Part shown: one piece after another, positions 51,068-60,633 of the stretch
Position numbering within the stretch: the stretch's first letter is position 1
How the letters are laid out: each line of letters starts with the position of its first letter
Assembly (NCBI GenBank): GCA_963728205.1
Contig: CAVSIV010000002.1
Span: 320,001 to 384,000, forward strand
Direction of reading: 5' to 3'
Length of the DNA stretch: 64,000 nt
DNA from: an uncultured Chloroflexia bacterium
GTDB lineage: Bacteria > Chloroflexota > Dehalococcoidia > UBA2979
Made by a program: the position numbers and the translations under genes
Notes under the pieces: model-generated
The model's database searches: none
What the model saw: only the letters and a program-made list of their open reading frames with translations
Told to the model about the DNA's origin: nothing

Positions 51068-52533
51068 TGACCGGACACGAGCAGTTCAACCTGATCGGCC
51101 CCTCGCTGACGCTGATGATCGGCGCGGGCGTCGTGCTGGCGGCGGACCTGCTCTGGCCGCGCCGCGCGCCGCTCTGGGGGCTCGCCGTCGTCGTGCTCGC
51201 GCTCGCAGGGCTCTACGCGCTCGCCCAGGCGCTCGGCGGCACGCACGGCAGCGGGTTCGACGGCGCCGTCGTCGTCGACGGCTTCTCGCTCTTCTTCACC
51301 TTCATCATCATCATCACGGCCGCGGCAGTGACGCTCGCGTCGAGCGAGTGGCTCCGCGGCTTCGAGCGGCAGCCGGAGTTCCTCGCGCTGCTGCTCGTCT
51401 CCGCCGGGGCGATGGTGCTGCTCACGCAGGCCGTCGACCTCGTGATGATCTTCGTCGCGCTGGAGACGACGTCGATCGCGCAGTTCGTGCTCGCCGGCAT
51501 CGTGCGTGACAACACGGGCGCCGAGGCCGGTCTGAAGTACCTGCTCGCCGGCGCCGTCGCCGCGGCGGTGCTGCTGTATGGCTTCGCGTTCCTGTGGGGG
51601 CTGTCGGGCACGACCGCGCTGGCCGGCATCGAGACGTTCGTCATGCAGGCCGACGCCGGCCTGCGCCTGCCGCTGATCCTCGCGTTCGTGCTGGTCGCGG
51701 CCGGGTTCGGCTTCAAGATGGCGATCGTGCCCTTCCAGGGCTGGGTGCCGGACGTCTACCAGGGCGCGCCGACGCCGGTCGCGGCGTACCTCTCGGTCGC
51801 GTCGAAGGCGGCCGGGTTCGCGATCGTGCTCCGCGTGTTCTACGTGGGGCTCGGCGGCGGCGGGACGTTCATCTCGGGCGAGTGGGCGCTGATGTTCGGC
51901 GTCTTCGCCGCTGCGTCCATGATCTTCGGGAACGCGGGGGCGTTGCTCCAGACGAACGTGAAGCGGCTGCTCGGCTACTCGTCAATCGCGCAGGCGGGGA
52001 ACATCGCCGTCGGCCTCGCGGCCGTGGCCGCCGGCAGCACGCTCGGCGCGTCCGGCGTGATGTTCTTCATCCTCACCTACGTCGCGACGAACCTCGGCGC
52101 GTTCCTCTGCGTGCTCGTGATCTCGCAGCACGTCGGCAGCGACGACATCTCGGCGTACGCGGGCCTCGTGCGGCGCGCGCCGGCGCTCACGCTGATCCTC
52201 GCGCTCTGCCTGGTGTCGCTGACCGGCATTCCGCCGACCGCGGGCTTCATGGCAAAGGTCTACGTCTTCAACGCGGCCGTGCACGCGAACGAGCAGTGGC
52301 TGATCGCGCTCGTGGCCGTGGCCGTCGTGAACACCGCCATCTCGGCCTTCTACTACCTGAGGCTCGTGCGCACGATGCTGCTCGACGAGCCGCTCGACGA
52401 CTCGCCGATCGGCGCGGCGATGCCGGCGCAGGCCGTGCTGGGGGCGGCCGCGGCGGGCGTGTTGCTGATCGGCCTCATCCCGACGCCGCTGATCTCGGCC
52501 GCTGCCCGCGCGGCGCAGGTCCTGCACCAGTAG
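51067..52533 (+). CDS. nuoN: NADH-quinone oxidoreductase subunit N
   Basis: EAGLKY, FKMAIVPFQGWVPDVYQGAP and GIPPTAGF. Confidence 0.95.
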   Translation: MTGHEQFNLIGPSLTLMIGAGVVLAADLLWPRRAPLWGLAVVVLALAGLYALAQALGGTHGSGFDGAVVVDGFSLFFTFIIIITAAAVTLASSEWLRGFERQPEFLALLLVSAGAMVLLTQAVDLVMIFVALETTSIAQFVLAGIVRDNTGAEAGLKYLLAGAVAAAVLLYGFAFLWGLSGTTALAGIETFVMQADAGLRLPLILAFVLVAAGFGFKMAIVPFQGWVPDVYQGAPTPVAAYLSVASKAAGFAIVLRVFYVGLGGGGTFISGEWALMFGVFAAASMIFGNAGALLQTNVKRLLGYSSIAQAGNIAVGLAAVAAGSTLGASGVMFFILTYVATNLGAFLCVLVISQHVGSDDISAYAGLVRRAPALTLILALCLVSLTGIPPTAGFMAKVYVFNAAVHANEQWLIALVAVAVVNTAISAFYYLRLVRTMLLDEPLDDSPIGAAMPAQAVLGAAAAGVLLIGLIPTPLISAAARAAQVLHQ

Positions 52534-52561
52534 CGGGCGCCGCGTGGCGCGCCGACCACCC

Positions 52562-53047
52562 GTGCCCTACGACGTCGCCATCGACCTGCAGGTGCTCGCC
52601 GCGGACGTCGCCGTGCCCGCGCTGGAGGCGATGATCGCGCAGGCGCTCGCCGACGACGGCTGCGCCGACGGTGCCGCCCTCGCGGTCGTGCTCGTGGACG
52701 ACGACGCGATCCGCGCGCTCAACCGCGAGCACCGCGATGCCGACGAGCCGACGGACGTGCTGTCGTTCCCCGCCGACGAGGGCGAGGCCTTCCCCGACGC
52801 CGGCGACGCCGGCGACGAGCCGCCGTACCTGGGCGACATCGTGATCTCGCTCGAGACCGTGCGACGGCAGGCCGCGGAGCTCGCGCTGCCGTTCACGCTC
52901 GAGTTGCGACACGTTGCGCTGCACGGCGTGCTGCACCTCCTCGGGTACGACCACCTGACGCCGGAGGACGAAGCGCGCATGCGCGGCCGCGAGGAGCGCG
53001 TGCTCGGCGCGGAGATCCACGCGGACGCGCGCCGGCACGAAGACTGA
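52562..53047 (+). CDS. ybeY: rRNA maturation endoribonuclease YbeY
   Basis: TDVLSFP, LGDIVIS and HGVLHLLGYDH. Confidence 0.95.
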   Translation: MPYDVAIDLQVLAADVAVPALEAMIAQALADDGCADGAALAVVLVDDDAIRALNREHRDADEPTDVLSFPADEGEAFPDAGDAGDEPPYLGDIVISLETVRRQAAELALPFTLELRHVALHGVLHLLGYDHLTPEDEARMRGREERVLGAEIHADARRHED

Positions 53048-53193
53048 GCCCGGGGCGAGCGCGCTCAATCCGGCAACGGCGGGTGCACGCCGCGCTGCTC
53101 GCGGTGGCGGAGAGGTGGGCCGGACCGCACCGGGACCCCCTGCTACACTGGGCCCGAGACGCCTCGAACTCCCCTCGAGGCGGCGGGGGTAGC

Positions 53194-55008
53194 GTGAACC
53201 AGGCCGCAACGGCCCAGTCCCACCAGCAGGTTCTCTACCGCAAGTGGCGCCCGCGCCGCTTCGAGGACGTCGTCGGGCAGACGGCGGTGATCACCACGCT
53301 CCGCAACGCCGTGGCGAGCGGGAACCCGGCGCACGCGTACCTCTTCACGGGGCCGCGCGGCACCGGCAAGACGAGCACCGGCCGCATCATGGCGAAGGCG
53401 GTGAACTGCACGTCGCCGATCGACGGCGAGCCGGACGGCACCTGTGCCTCCTGTCGCTCATACGACGCCGGGCAGGCGTTCGACCTGATCGAGCTCGACG
53501 CGGCTTCCAACCGCGGCATCGACGAGATCCGCGACCTCCGCGAGAGCGCCGGCTACGCCCCGAGCAGCGGCCGCTACAAGGTCTACCTCATCGACGAGGT
53601 TCACATGCTCACGGACGCGGCGTTCAACGCGCTGCTGAAGACGCTCGAGGAGCCGCCGCCGCACATCATCTTCATCCTCGCGACGACCGAGCCGCACAAG
53701 ATCCCGGCGACGATCCTCTCGCGCTGCCAGCGCTTCGACTTCCGCCGCCACACGGTCGACGACATCGTCCGCCAGCTGCGGAAGATCGCGGAGGGCGAGA
53801 GCATCGACGTCGAGGAGGGCGGCTTCGAGCTGATCGCGCGGCAGGCGACGGGGTCGCTGCGCGACGCGGTCAACCTGCTCGACCAGCTCTCCGCCTACCA
53901 CGGCGACTCGCTCGACCTCGACGCGGTGCGCTCCGGGCTTGGTCTCGTGGTCGACAGCCGCGCGGCGGACCTGGCGCGCGCCGCCGTGGAGCGCGACCTG
54001 AAGAGCGGGCTGAGCATCCTCGCGGCGGCGCGCGACGACGGCATCGAGATCCGCGCGTTCATCCGCGAGGTCGTGGCGATGCTGCGCACCACGCTGCACC
54101 TGAAGGCCGGCGCCGGCGACCACCTCGGGCTCTCCGACGCGCAGGCTGCGGAGATGCGCGCACTGGCCGGCGACGCCGACGTGGTCGACGTCGTGGCCGC
54201 GCTCGAGGCGTTTGGCTCGCTCGACTTTGGCGGCGACGCGTACGACTCGCTGCCGGCGGAGATCGCGTTCGCGGCGCTGGCCGCAGGGCCGACGCCGATC
54301 GCGGCGGCCGCGGCCGCGGCAGCGGCCGCGCCGGCAACCGGTGCGCCGCACGTGGAGACGGCCGCTGCGCCGCCGCAGGCGCGTCCCGCCGCCGAGCGGC
54401 CGCAGCGCGCGGCTCCCGCCGTGCCGCGCCGCGATGCGCCGCGGCCGGCGCCTCCGCGCGAGCAGGTGTCTCCGCGCGACGCATCTTCGGCCCGCGGGCC
54501 GGAGACCGGCGGCGAGCGGCCGCCCGCGCACCCCGCGCGCCGGCCTGCCGCATCCCCACCGGGCGAGTCCGCGCCGCCGCCCGCAGCCGCCCCCGTGCGT
54601 CCACCGGCCGCAGCCGCCGCGTTCGTTCCGCCGGACGCCGCGTCGGGCGGCGACGAGCTGCACGCGCTACGCGACCGCTGGGACGACATCCGCGACCGCG
54701 CGCGCAAGCTGCACTTCCGCGCCGGCGCGCTGCTCGTCGCCGCGTTCCCGCGCTCGTTCGACGGCGATCGCGTCGAGCTCGGCTTCCGCTTCCCGAACCA
54801 CGTCGACATGGTGCGCGACGCCGAGAGCGGCAAGGTCCTGCAGGCGATCAGCGAGGCCGTGTCCTCCGCCGTCGGCCGGCCGGTCGTCGTCGAGCCCGTG
54901 CTCTGGGAGGAGCTCGCGACGAACGCGCCCGCCCCCGCGCGACAGTCCAGCGGCGGCCACCTCGTCGACGAGGCGCGGCGCCTCGGCGCCGTGCCCGTCG
55001 ACGACTGA
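53194..55008 (+). CDS. dnaX: DNA polymerase III subunit gamma/tau
   Basis: [30 protein letters not shown] and SRCQRF; Pro/Ala-rich linker. Confidence 0.96.
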   Translation: MNQAATAQSHQQVLYRKWRPRRFEDVVGQTAVITTLRNAVASGNPAHAYLFTGPRGTGKTSTGRIMAKAVNCTSPIDGEPDGTCASCRSYDAGQAFDLIELDAASNRGIDEIRDLRESAGYAPSSGRYKVYLIDEVHMLTDAAFNALLKTLEEPPPHIIFILATTEPHKIPATILSRCQRFDFRRHTVDDIVRQLRKIAEGESIDVEEGGFELIARQATGSLRDAVNLLDQLSAYHGDSLDLDAVRSGLGLVVDSRAADLARAAVERDLKSGLSILAAARDDGIEIRAFIREVVAMLRTTLHLKAGAGDHLGLSDAQAAEMRALAGDADVVDVVAALEAFGSLDFGGDAYDSLPAEIAFAALAAGPTPIAAAAAAAAAAPATGAPHVETAAAPPQARPAAERPQRAAPAVPRRDAPRPAPPREQVSPRDASSARGPETGGERPPAHPARRPAASPPGESAPPPAAAPVRPPAAAAAFVPPDAASGGDELHALRDRWDDIRDRARKLHFRAGALLVAAFPRSFDGDRVELGFRFPNHVDMVRDAESGKVLQAISEAVSSAVGRPVVVEPVLWEELATNAPAPARQSSGGHLVDEARRLGAVPVDD

Positions 55009-55015
55009 GTCGCGC

Positions 55016-55639
55016 GTGAACCGACAGGGCCGCCCCGGGGAGGAGTCGCCGATTAGCCGGCTGGTGGACGCGTTCCACCGGCTTCCCGGCATCGGCCCGA
55101 AATCCGCGCAGCGGCTCGCCTACCACGTCCTTCGCGCGCCGCAGGAGGAAGCGGTCGAACTCGCCGAGGCGCTGCTCGAGGTGAAGCAACGCATCGTGCT
55201 CTGCGAGCGCTGCCAGGACCTGACGTCGGACTCGCCCTGTCGCATCTGCCTCGACCCGGGCCGCGACCGGACGGTGATCTGCGTCGTCGAGGAGCCGCTC
55301 GACGTCCGTGCCATCGAGCGCACCGGCGGCTTCCGCGGGCTCTACCACGTGCTCCACGGCGTGATCTCGCCGGCCGACGGGATCGGTCCCGAGGACCTCA
55401 AGATCCAGGAGCTGCTCGCCCGCATTCGCGACGTCGACATGGACGTCGCGGAGGTGATCGTGGCGACGAACCCGAACCTCGAGGGCGAGGCGACGGCGAT
55501 GTATCTCGGCCGGCTGCTGCGCCCGCTCGAGATCAAGGTGACGCGCCTCGCGCGCGGCCTCCCGGCCGGCGCGGACCTCGAGTACGCGGACGACGTCACG
55601 CTGGGCCGCGCCCTGGAGTTCCGCCAGGAAGTGGGCTAG
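55016..55639 (+). CDS. recR: Recombination mediator RecR
   Basis: [14 protein letters not shown]4 zinc finger, YHVLHG and NLEGEATA. Confidence 0.96.
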   Translation: MNRQGRPGEESPISRLVDAFHRLPGIGPKSAQRLAYHVLRAPQEEAVELAEALLEVKQRIVLCERCQDLTSDSPCRICLDPGRDRTVICVVEEPLDVRAIERTGGFRGLYHVLHGVISPADGIGPEDLKIQELLARIRDVDMDVAEVIVATNPNLEGEATAMYLGRLLRPLEIKVTRLARGLPAGADLEYADDVTLGRALEFRQEVG

Positions 55640-55673
55640 CGCCCCGCGCCGCGATCGCGGGTACGATCGCCGC

Positions 55674-56471
55674 ATGCCCGCCCGCATTCCCCGCGTCGTC
55701 AAGACCGAGGCCATCGTGCTGCGCCGCCGCCGCCTCGGCGACGCCGACCGCATCGTCACGCTGCTGACGCCGCTGCGCGGCAAGATCGACGTCGTCGCGA
55801 AAGGCACGCTGCGCACGCGCAGTCGCATGGGTGGCCACCTCGAGCCGCCGACGCAGGTGGAGGTCGTGCTGGCGCACGGCCGCAGCATGGACATCGTCAC
55901 GCAGGCGCACGCGATCGACGCGTTCTCCGGCATCCGAGACGACCTCGACCGGCTCAGCAGCGCGATGTACCTGCTCGAAATCGCCGACCGCCTCACCTAC
56001 GAGGAGGCGGAGACGAACGCCGTCTACGGGCTGCTGCTCGCCGCGCTGACGCGCCTCGCGCGCGGTGACGGCGCGCAGCTCGTGACGCGCACGTTCGAGC
56101 TCGGGCTGCTGGAGGCCGCGGGCTTCCGCCCGGAGTGGGGCCAGTGCATCGCGTGCGGGGGGGCGGTGCCGGCCGACGACGCCGCGTGGTCCGCGGCCGA
56201 TGGTGGCGTGCTCTGCCGCGACTGCCGCGCCGGCCATCCCGACGCGACCGCGCTCGACGTCCGCGTGCTGCGCGTGCTGCGCGCGTACCAGGCGCTGCCG
56301 TACGAGGAGGCTGCGCGCATCCGCCTCGACCCGGAGCTGATCGGGCGGCTGGAGCGCGTCATGAACGAGCTGATGCGCACGGTCGTGGAGCGCGAGCTGA
56401 AGAGCGCGGAGTTCGTCGCCACGGCGCGCCGCGCGGGGGCGCGCACCGAACCGGCGAGCGGCCCGGTCTAG
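55674..56471 (+). CDS. recO: DNA repair protein RecO
   Basis: EAIVLR..LGDADRIV..GKI..VAKG and CIAC..LCRDC zinc finger. Confidence 0.93.
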   Translation: MPARIPRVVKTEAIVLRRRRLGDADRIVTLLTPLRGKIDVVAKGTLRTRSRMGGHLEPPTQVEVVLAHGRSMDIVTQAHAIDAFSGIRDDLDRLSSAMYLLEIADRLTYEEAETNAVYGLLLAALTRLARGDGAQLVTRTFELGLLEAAGFRPEWGQCIACGGAVPADDAAWSAADGGVLCRDCRAGHPDATALDVRVLRVLRAYQALPYEEAARIRLDPELIGRLERVMNELMRTVVERELKSAEFVATARRAGARTEPASGPV

Positions 56472-57764
56472 GACTCGCGCGCGAGCACGTAGTCGACGAT
56501 GCCCTCGAGCGTGGAGCGCACCTCGCCCGGCGGCAGCGCAGCGAGCGCCTGCTTCGCCTCGCCGGCGAAGTTGCGCGCCGTCGTCATGCTCTGCTCGAGC
56601 ACGTCCGACTCCTGGATACTCGCGGATTGCCCGCTCGAAGTTGGCGCGCGGGCGGATGCCCTCGAACGCCTTCTTCACGGGGTTGTCGTCGGGGTTGCGC
56701 TGCATGTAGAGGATGGCCGGCAGCGTGAGCGTGCCGCCCTGCAGGTCCGAGCCGACCGGCTTGCCCATCGTCTCGGCGTCGCCCGTGAAGTCGAGGATGT
56801 CGTCGACAATCTGGAACGCGATGCCGAGGCGCAGGCCGTAGAGACGCATCGCCGCGCACTGCTCGGGGGTCGCGCCGCCGACAATCGCGCCGCCCTCGGC
56901 GGCCGTACCGAAGAGCGACGCGGTCTTGCCGGTGATGCGGTCCAGGTAGCGCGTGACGTCCTCGGAGTACTCGAAGACCGTCATGTCCTGCTTCAGCTCG
57001 CCGTTCGCCATCATCATCAGCGTCTCGGCGAACTTGCGGACGACGAGCGTGTTGTCGGTGCGCGCGATGAAGTCGGCGGCGTGCGCGAACATGTAGTCGC
57101 CGAGCATCACCGAGGCCGAGTTGCCGAACAGCGCGGCGGCCGTGGGCTTGCCGCGCCGCTCGGTGGCCTCGTCAATCACGTCGTCGTGGACGAGGGTGGC
57201 GGTATGCAGTAGCTCGACGCTCGCGGCCATCGGCACGAGCCGGTCGAGCGGGTAGCTGTCGCCGATGCGGCCCGCGAGCAGGGCGATGGCGGGGCGCATC
57301 ATCTTGCCGGTTCCGGCCAGCGCCTGTTCCAGCATCCTGCGCAGGAACTCGAACTCGACGTTCGACGCGACCGAGAGCATCTGCTCGCGCACGCGCGGCA
57401 GATCGCCGGCGACGGGGCCGTAGAGGTCGGTCGCGGCCGGTGCGGGCGCGGGAGTCGGCGCCGCTGGCGCCGACATCTCCGCGGCGGGAGGCGGCGCGTC
57501 CGCCACGCCGGGAGGCTGATCGATGGTGGTGATCGGCTCACGCGCCGCCAGGAGGTCCGAGGGACCGTCGATCGCCGTTGCCGGCGCCGGCAGGAGCCGC
57601 CAGGCGGCGAGGTAGGCGAGCCCGCCGATGCCGGCGGTGGCCACGGACAGCGCGACCGTGGCCGCGCGAACGCCATTCACGGGGTACTGGTAGCGCGCGG
57701 CGATGCCGGCGCACACCCCGCCCAGCAGGCCGTGCTCGGGATCGCGATTGGTCGCCAGCGTCAT
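56468..57764 (-). CDS. PspC domain fused to polyprenyl diphosphate synthase; frameshift near 56615
   Basis: N-terminal LLGGVCAGIA..YLAAWRLLP (PspC); GKMMRP, LVHDDVID..RRG, FQIVDDILD and GKPVGSDL. Confidence 0.85.
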
Positions 57765-58618
57765 ACCGCGCCTCCGCCGTCCGCCGACGGCACCCACCCG
57801 AAGAGGCGGGCCGTGTTGTCCGCGGTCGTGCGCGCGAGGTCGACGGGATCGCACCCGCGCTGCGAGGCCACGAACCGCCCGGTCTCCGCGACGTACGCCG
57901 GCTCATTCCGCCCGCCGCGGTGCGGGACCGGTGTCAGATACGGGCAGTCCGTCTCCAGCACCATCGCCGCAAGAGGGATGGTACACGCCACATCCCGTCC
58001 GCGGGTGTTGGACGGGTAGGTGACGGTCCCCGGGATCGAAAGGACGAAACCGAGTTCGACATAACGCATCGCCAGCTCGGCGTCGCCGGCAAAGCAGTGC
58101 AGCATCCCGATCTCACGGTCCGGTCCCAGGTAGCGGCCGACGCGACGCGCCCACCCCGACAGCGCGTCGAACGTCTCGGCGTCGGCGTTGCGTGAGTGGA
58201 TCACGACCGGCAGCGCGACCTCGCGGGCGAGCGCGAGCTGCCAGACGAGCGCGGCCTGCTGCGCGTCGGGCGGCGAGAGGTTGCGATAGAAGTCGAGCCC
58301 GATCTCGCCGATCGCGACGAAGCCGCCGCCACCGATCAGCGTGGCGAGCCCGTCGCGCTCGCGGACGAGGTGCTGCGCCTCGTGCGGGTGGAGCCCGGCG
58401 ACGGCGGCCACGCGCGCGTCGCGGCGTGCCAGCTCGAGGCAGCGCAGGCTGGAGTCGGTGTCGACGCCGACCTCGACGACGCCGACGAGCCCGGCGGCCC
58501 AGGCGCGCGTCATCACCGCTGCATGATCGTCGGCGAACTCGGGCGACCAGGTGTGCGCATGGGCGTCGATGACACCGGGCAGCGGCTCGACGACGGCCGG
58601 CTTCCGCTGTGTGCTCAC
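57761..58618 (-). CDS. tatD: TatD family hydrolase
   Basis: IDAHAH, GLHPH, IGEIGLD, IHSR, HCF and ETDCPYL. Confidence 0.93.
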   Translation of the reverse strand: MSTQRKPAVVEPLPGVIDAHAHTWSPEFADDHAAVMTRAWAAGLVGVVEVGVDTDSSLRCLELARRDARVAAVAGLHPHEAQHLVRERDGLATLIGGGGFVAIGEIGLDFYRNLSPPDAQQAALVWQLALAREVALPVVIHSRNADAETFDALSGWARRVGRYLGPDREIGMLHCFAGDAELAMRYVELGFVLSIPGTVTYPSNTRGRDVACTIPLAAMVLETDCPYLTPVPHRGGRNEPAYVAETGRFVASQRGCDPVDLARTTADNTARLFGWVPSADGGGAV

Positions 58619-58641
58619 GGGTGCGTCGCGCGCAGTCGGGC

Positions 58642-60351
58642 CTACCGCCCGATGCGCGCTTCCTCCTCCGCGACGATCGAGTCGTCGAGCTTGCGGAAGA
58701 GCGGGCGCGGCTCGGGCAGCGGCGTGCCGGCGGCGACGGGCGAGCGACGCCAGCCGGCGGCCTGGATGTCGCCCGCGTTGCCGACGAACCGCCAGGCCTC
58801 CGCTGAGGTGAACGGGAGGAACGGCTGCAGCATCGACGCGATGCCGCTGATCGCGTTGAGCGCGACGAAGAGCGACTCGGCGGCGTGCGCGCGATCGGTC
58901 TTCAGGGCCGCCCAGGGGGCGCGGTCCTCGAGGTAGCGGTTCGCATCCTGTGCCACGCCCATCGCGCCGCTCAGTGCGCGCCGAAGCTGCACCTCGTCGA
59001 TGGCGGCCCCTACGGAGGCGAACGCGTCGTCGACGCGGCGCAGGAGCGCCCGGGATTCCGCCGCGAGCTCGCCCGGCGGCTCCGGCGCGCGCGCGTCGAA
59101 GTTGCGGCGCGTGAAGGTGACGACGCGGTTCACGAGGTTGCCCCACCGCGCGAGCAACTCGTCGTTGTTGCGGCGCAAGAACTCCGCCCAGGTGAAGTCG
59201 GAGTCAGAGGTCTCGGGCATCGTGGCGGTCAGCGTGTAGCGCAGCGGGTCGGGGTCGTAGCGCTCGAGGTAGTCGGGCATCCACAGCGCCCAGTTGCGGC
59301 TCGACGACGCTTTCATGCCCGACATCGTCAAGTACTGGTTCGCCGGCACGTCGTACGGCAGGTTGAGGTCGCCGTAGCCCATCAGCAGCGCCGGCCAGAT
59401 CACGGTGTGGAACGGGACGTTGTCCTTGCCGATGAAGTAGTAGGTGCGCGCATCGGGGTCGGTCCACCACGCGTGCCATGCATCGGGGTCGCCCGTCGGG
59501 TTGGACGCGCTCGCGGCCCACTCCTTGGCGGCGGAGAGGTAGCCCATGACCGCCTCGAACCAGACGTAGACGCGCTTCTGCTCGTAGCCCTCGACCGGCA
59601 CGGGCACGCCCCAGCCGATGTCGCGCGTGAACGCGCGGTCGATCAGGCCCTCGCGCAGCCAGCCGAGCGTGAAGTTGCGCACCGCGGCGCGCCAGTGCGC
59701 CTGCGGCTCCACCCACTCGCGCAGCCGGTCCGTGAACGCGGAGAGGCGGAAGAAGAAGTGCGTCGACCTGCGCCGTTCCGGCGTGGCGTCGGAGAGGCGC
59801 GAACGCGGGTTGATCAGGTCGAGCGCGTCGAGCGTCGACTGGCAGTTGTCGCACTGGTCGCCGCGCGCGCCCTCGTAGCCGCAGCGGGGGCAGGTCCCTT
59901 CGACGTAGCGGTCGGGGAGGAATCGTCCGACGACCGGGTCGAACAGCAGCTCCTGCTCGGCCTCGTAGAGGTAGTCGCGCTCGAGCAGCCGCAGAAACAT
60001 GTCCTGCACGACCGCGACGTGGTTCTCGGTGTCCGTCGACGTGAAGAGGTCGAACGAGATGCCGAAGCGCTCAAAGGTGTCGAGGAAGCTGTGGTGGAAG
60101 CGCTCGAAGACTGCGGTGGGGGTCGTGCCCTCCTGCTCGGCGCGGACGGTGACGGGCGTGCCGTGGGAGTCCGAGCCTGAGACCATGAGGACGTGTTCGC
60201 CGCGCATGCGCTGGTAGCGCGCGAAGATGTCGGCGGGGAGGTAGGCGCCGGCGATCTGGCCGGCGTGGAGTGGACTGTTGGCGTAGGGCCAGGCGACGGC
60301 GACGAGGATGGCCCGGGGGTGGTCGGTGCGTCCGGTGGGAGCGTCAGGCAT
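58642..60351 (-). CDS. metG: Methionine--tRNA ligase
   Basis: AWPYANSPLHAG, GSDSHG, Zn knuckle, YVWFEA, FIGKDN and KASSS. Confidence 0.96.
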   Translation of the reverse strand: MPDAPTGRTDHPRAILVAVAWPYANSPLHAGQIAGAYLPADIFARYQRMRGEHVLMVSGSDSHGTPVTVRAEQEGTTPTAVFERFHHSFLDTFERFGISFDLFTSTDTENHVAVVQDMFLRLLERDYLYEAEQELLFDPVVGRFLPDRYVEGTCPRCGYEGARGDQCDNCQSTLDALDLINPRSRLSDATPERRRSTHFFFRLSAFTDRLREWVEPQAHWRAAVRNFTLGWLREGLIDRAFTRDIGWGVPVPVEGYEQKRVYVWFEAVMGYLSAAKEWAASASNPTGDPDAWHAWWTDPDARTYYFIGKDNVPFHTVIWPALLMGYGDLNLPYDVPANQYLTMSGMKASSSRNWALWMPDYLERYDPDPLRYTLTATMPETSDSDFTWAEFLRRNNDELLARWGNLVNRVVTFTRRNFDARAPEPPGELAAESRALLRRVDDAFASVGAAIDEVQLRRALSGAMGVAQDANRYLEDRAPWAALKTDRAHAAESLFVALNAISGIASMLQPFLPFTSAEAWRFVGNAGDIQAAGWRRSPVAAGTPLPEPRPLFRKLDDSIVAEEEARIGR

Positions 60352-60456
60352 GGTTGCGAATCTAGCACGCGCCCGCGTCAGGTCCCACGAAGGGTTGGCC
60401 GTCCGGCCGCCACGGGGGCCTATCACAGAATTGCTTACCCTGCTGATTGGTACGGT

Positions 60457-60486
60457 TTGACCGTCCGGCGCGAGCGGTCCTACTAT
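60457..60486 (+). promoter_or_regulatory. sigma70 promoter for guaB3
   Basis: TTGACC-N18-TACTAT. Confidence 0.65.
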
Positions 60487-60490
60487 CGTT

Positions 60491-60617
60491 GGAAATCCTC
60501 GGAGCGAGTTCCCTGGGCGGGGAAGCCGATGCGAGGCCCGAAGTTTCGTTTCCGTAGTGCCCCTCCCGGGGCCCGTGTGTGCGTCTGAGACCCCTCGAAT
60601 CGAGGGGTCTCTGCGTT
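60491..60617 (+). promoter_or_regulatory. Structured 5' leader with terminator-like hairpin (candidate attenuator or riboswitch)
   Basis: Nested stems plus an 11-bp hairpin GAGACCCCTCG-AAT-CGAGGGGTCTC just before the RBS. Confidence 0.45.
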
Positions 60618-60633
60618 ATGGGGGTGTGATTTG

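Noticed and set aside
54290-54650. Low-complexity Pro/Ala stretch in dnaX as a repeat or frameshift site
   Set aside because: Typical tau linker in high-GC bacteria; no A-run slippage site
60501-60520. ZTP riboswitch suggested by GGAGCG..CCTGGGC
   Set aside because: The 5' GACTGGCG element and P2 are missing; kept only as an unclassified leader
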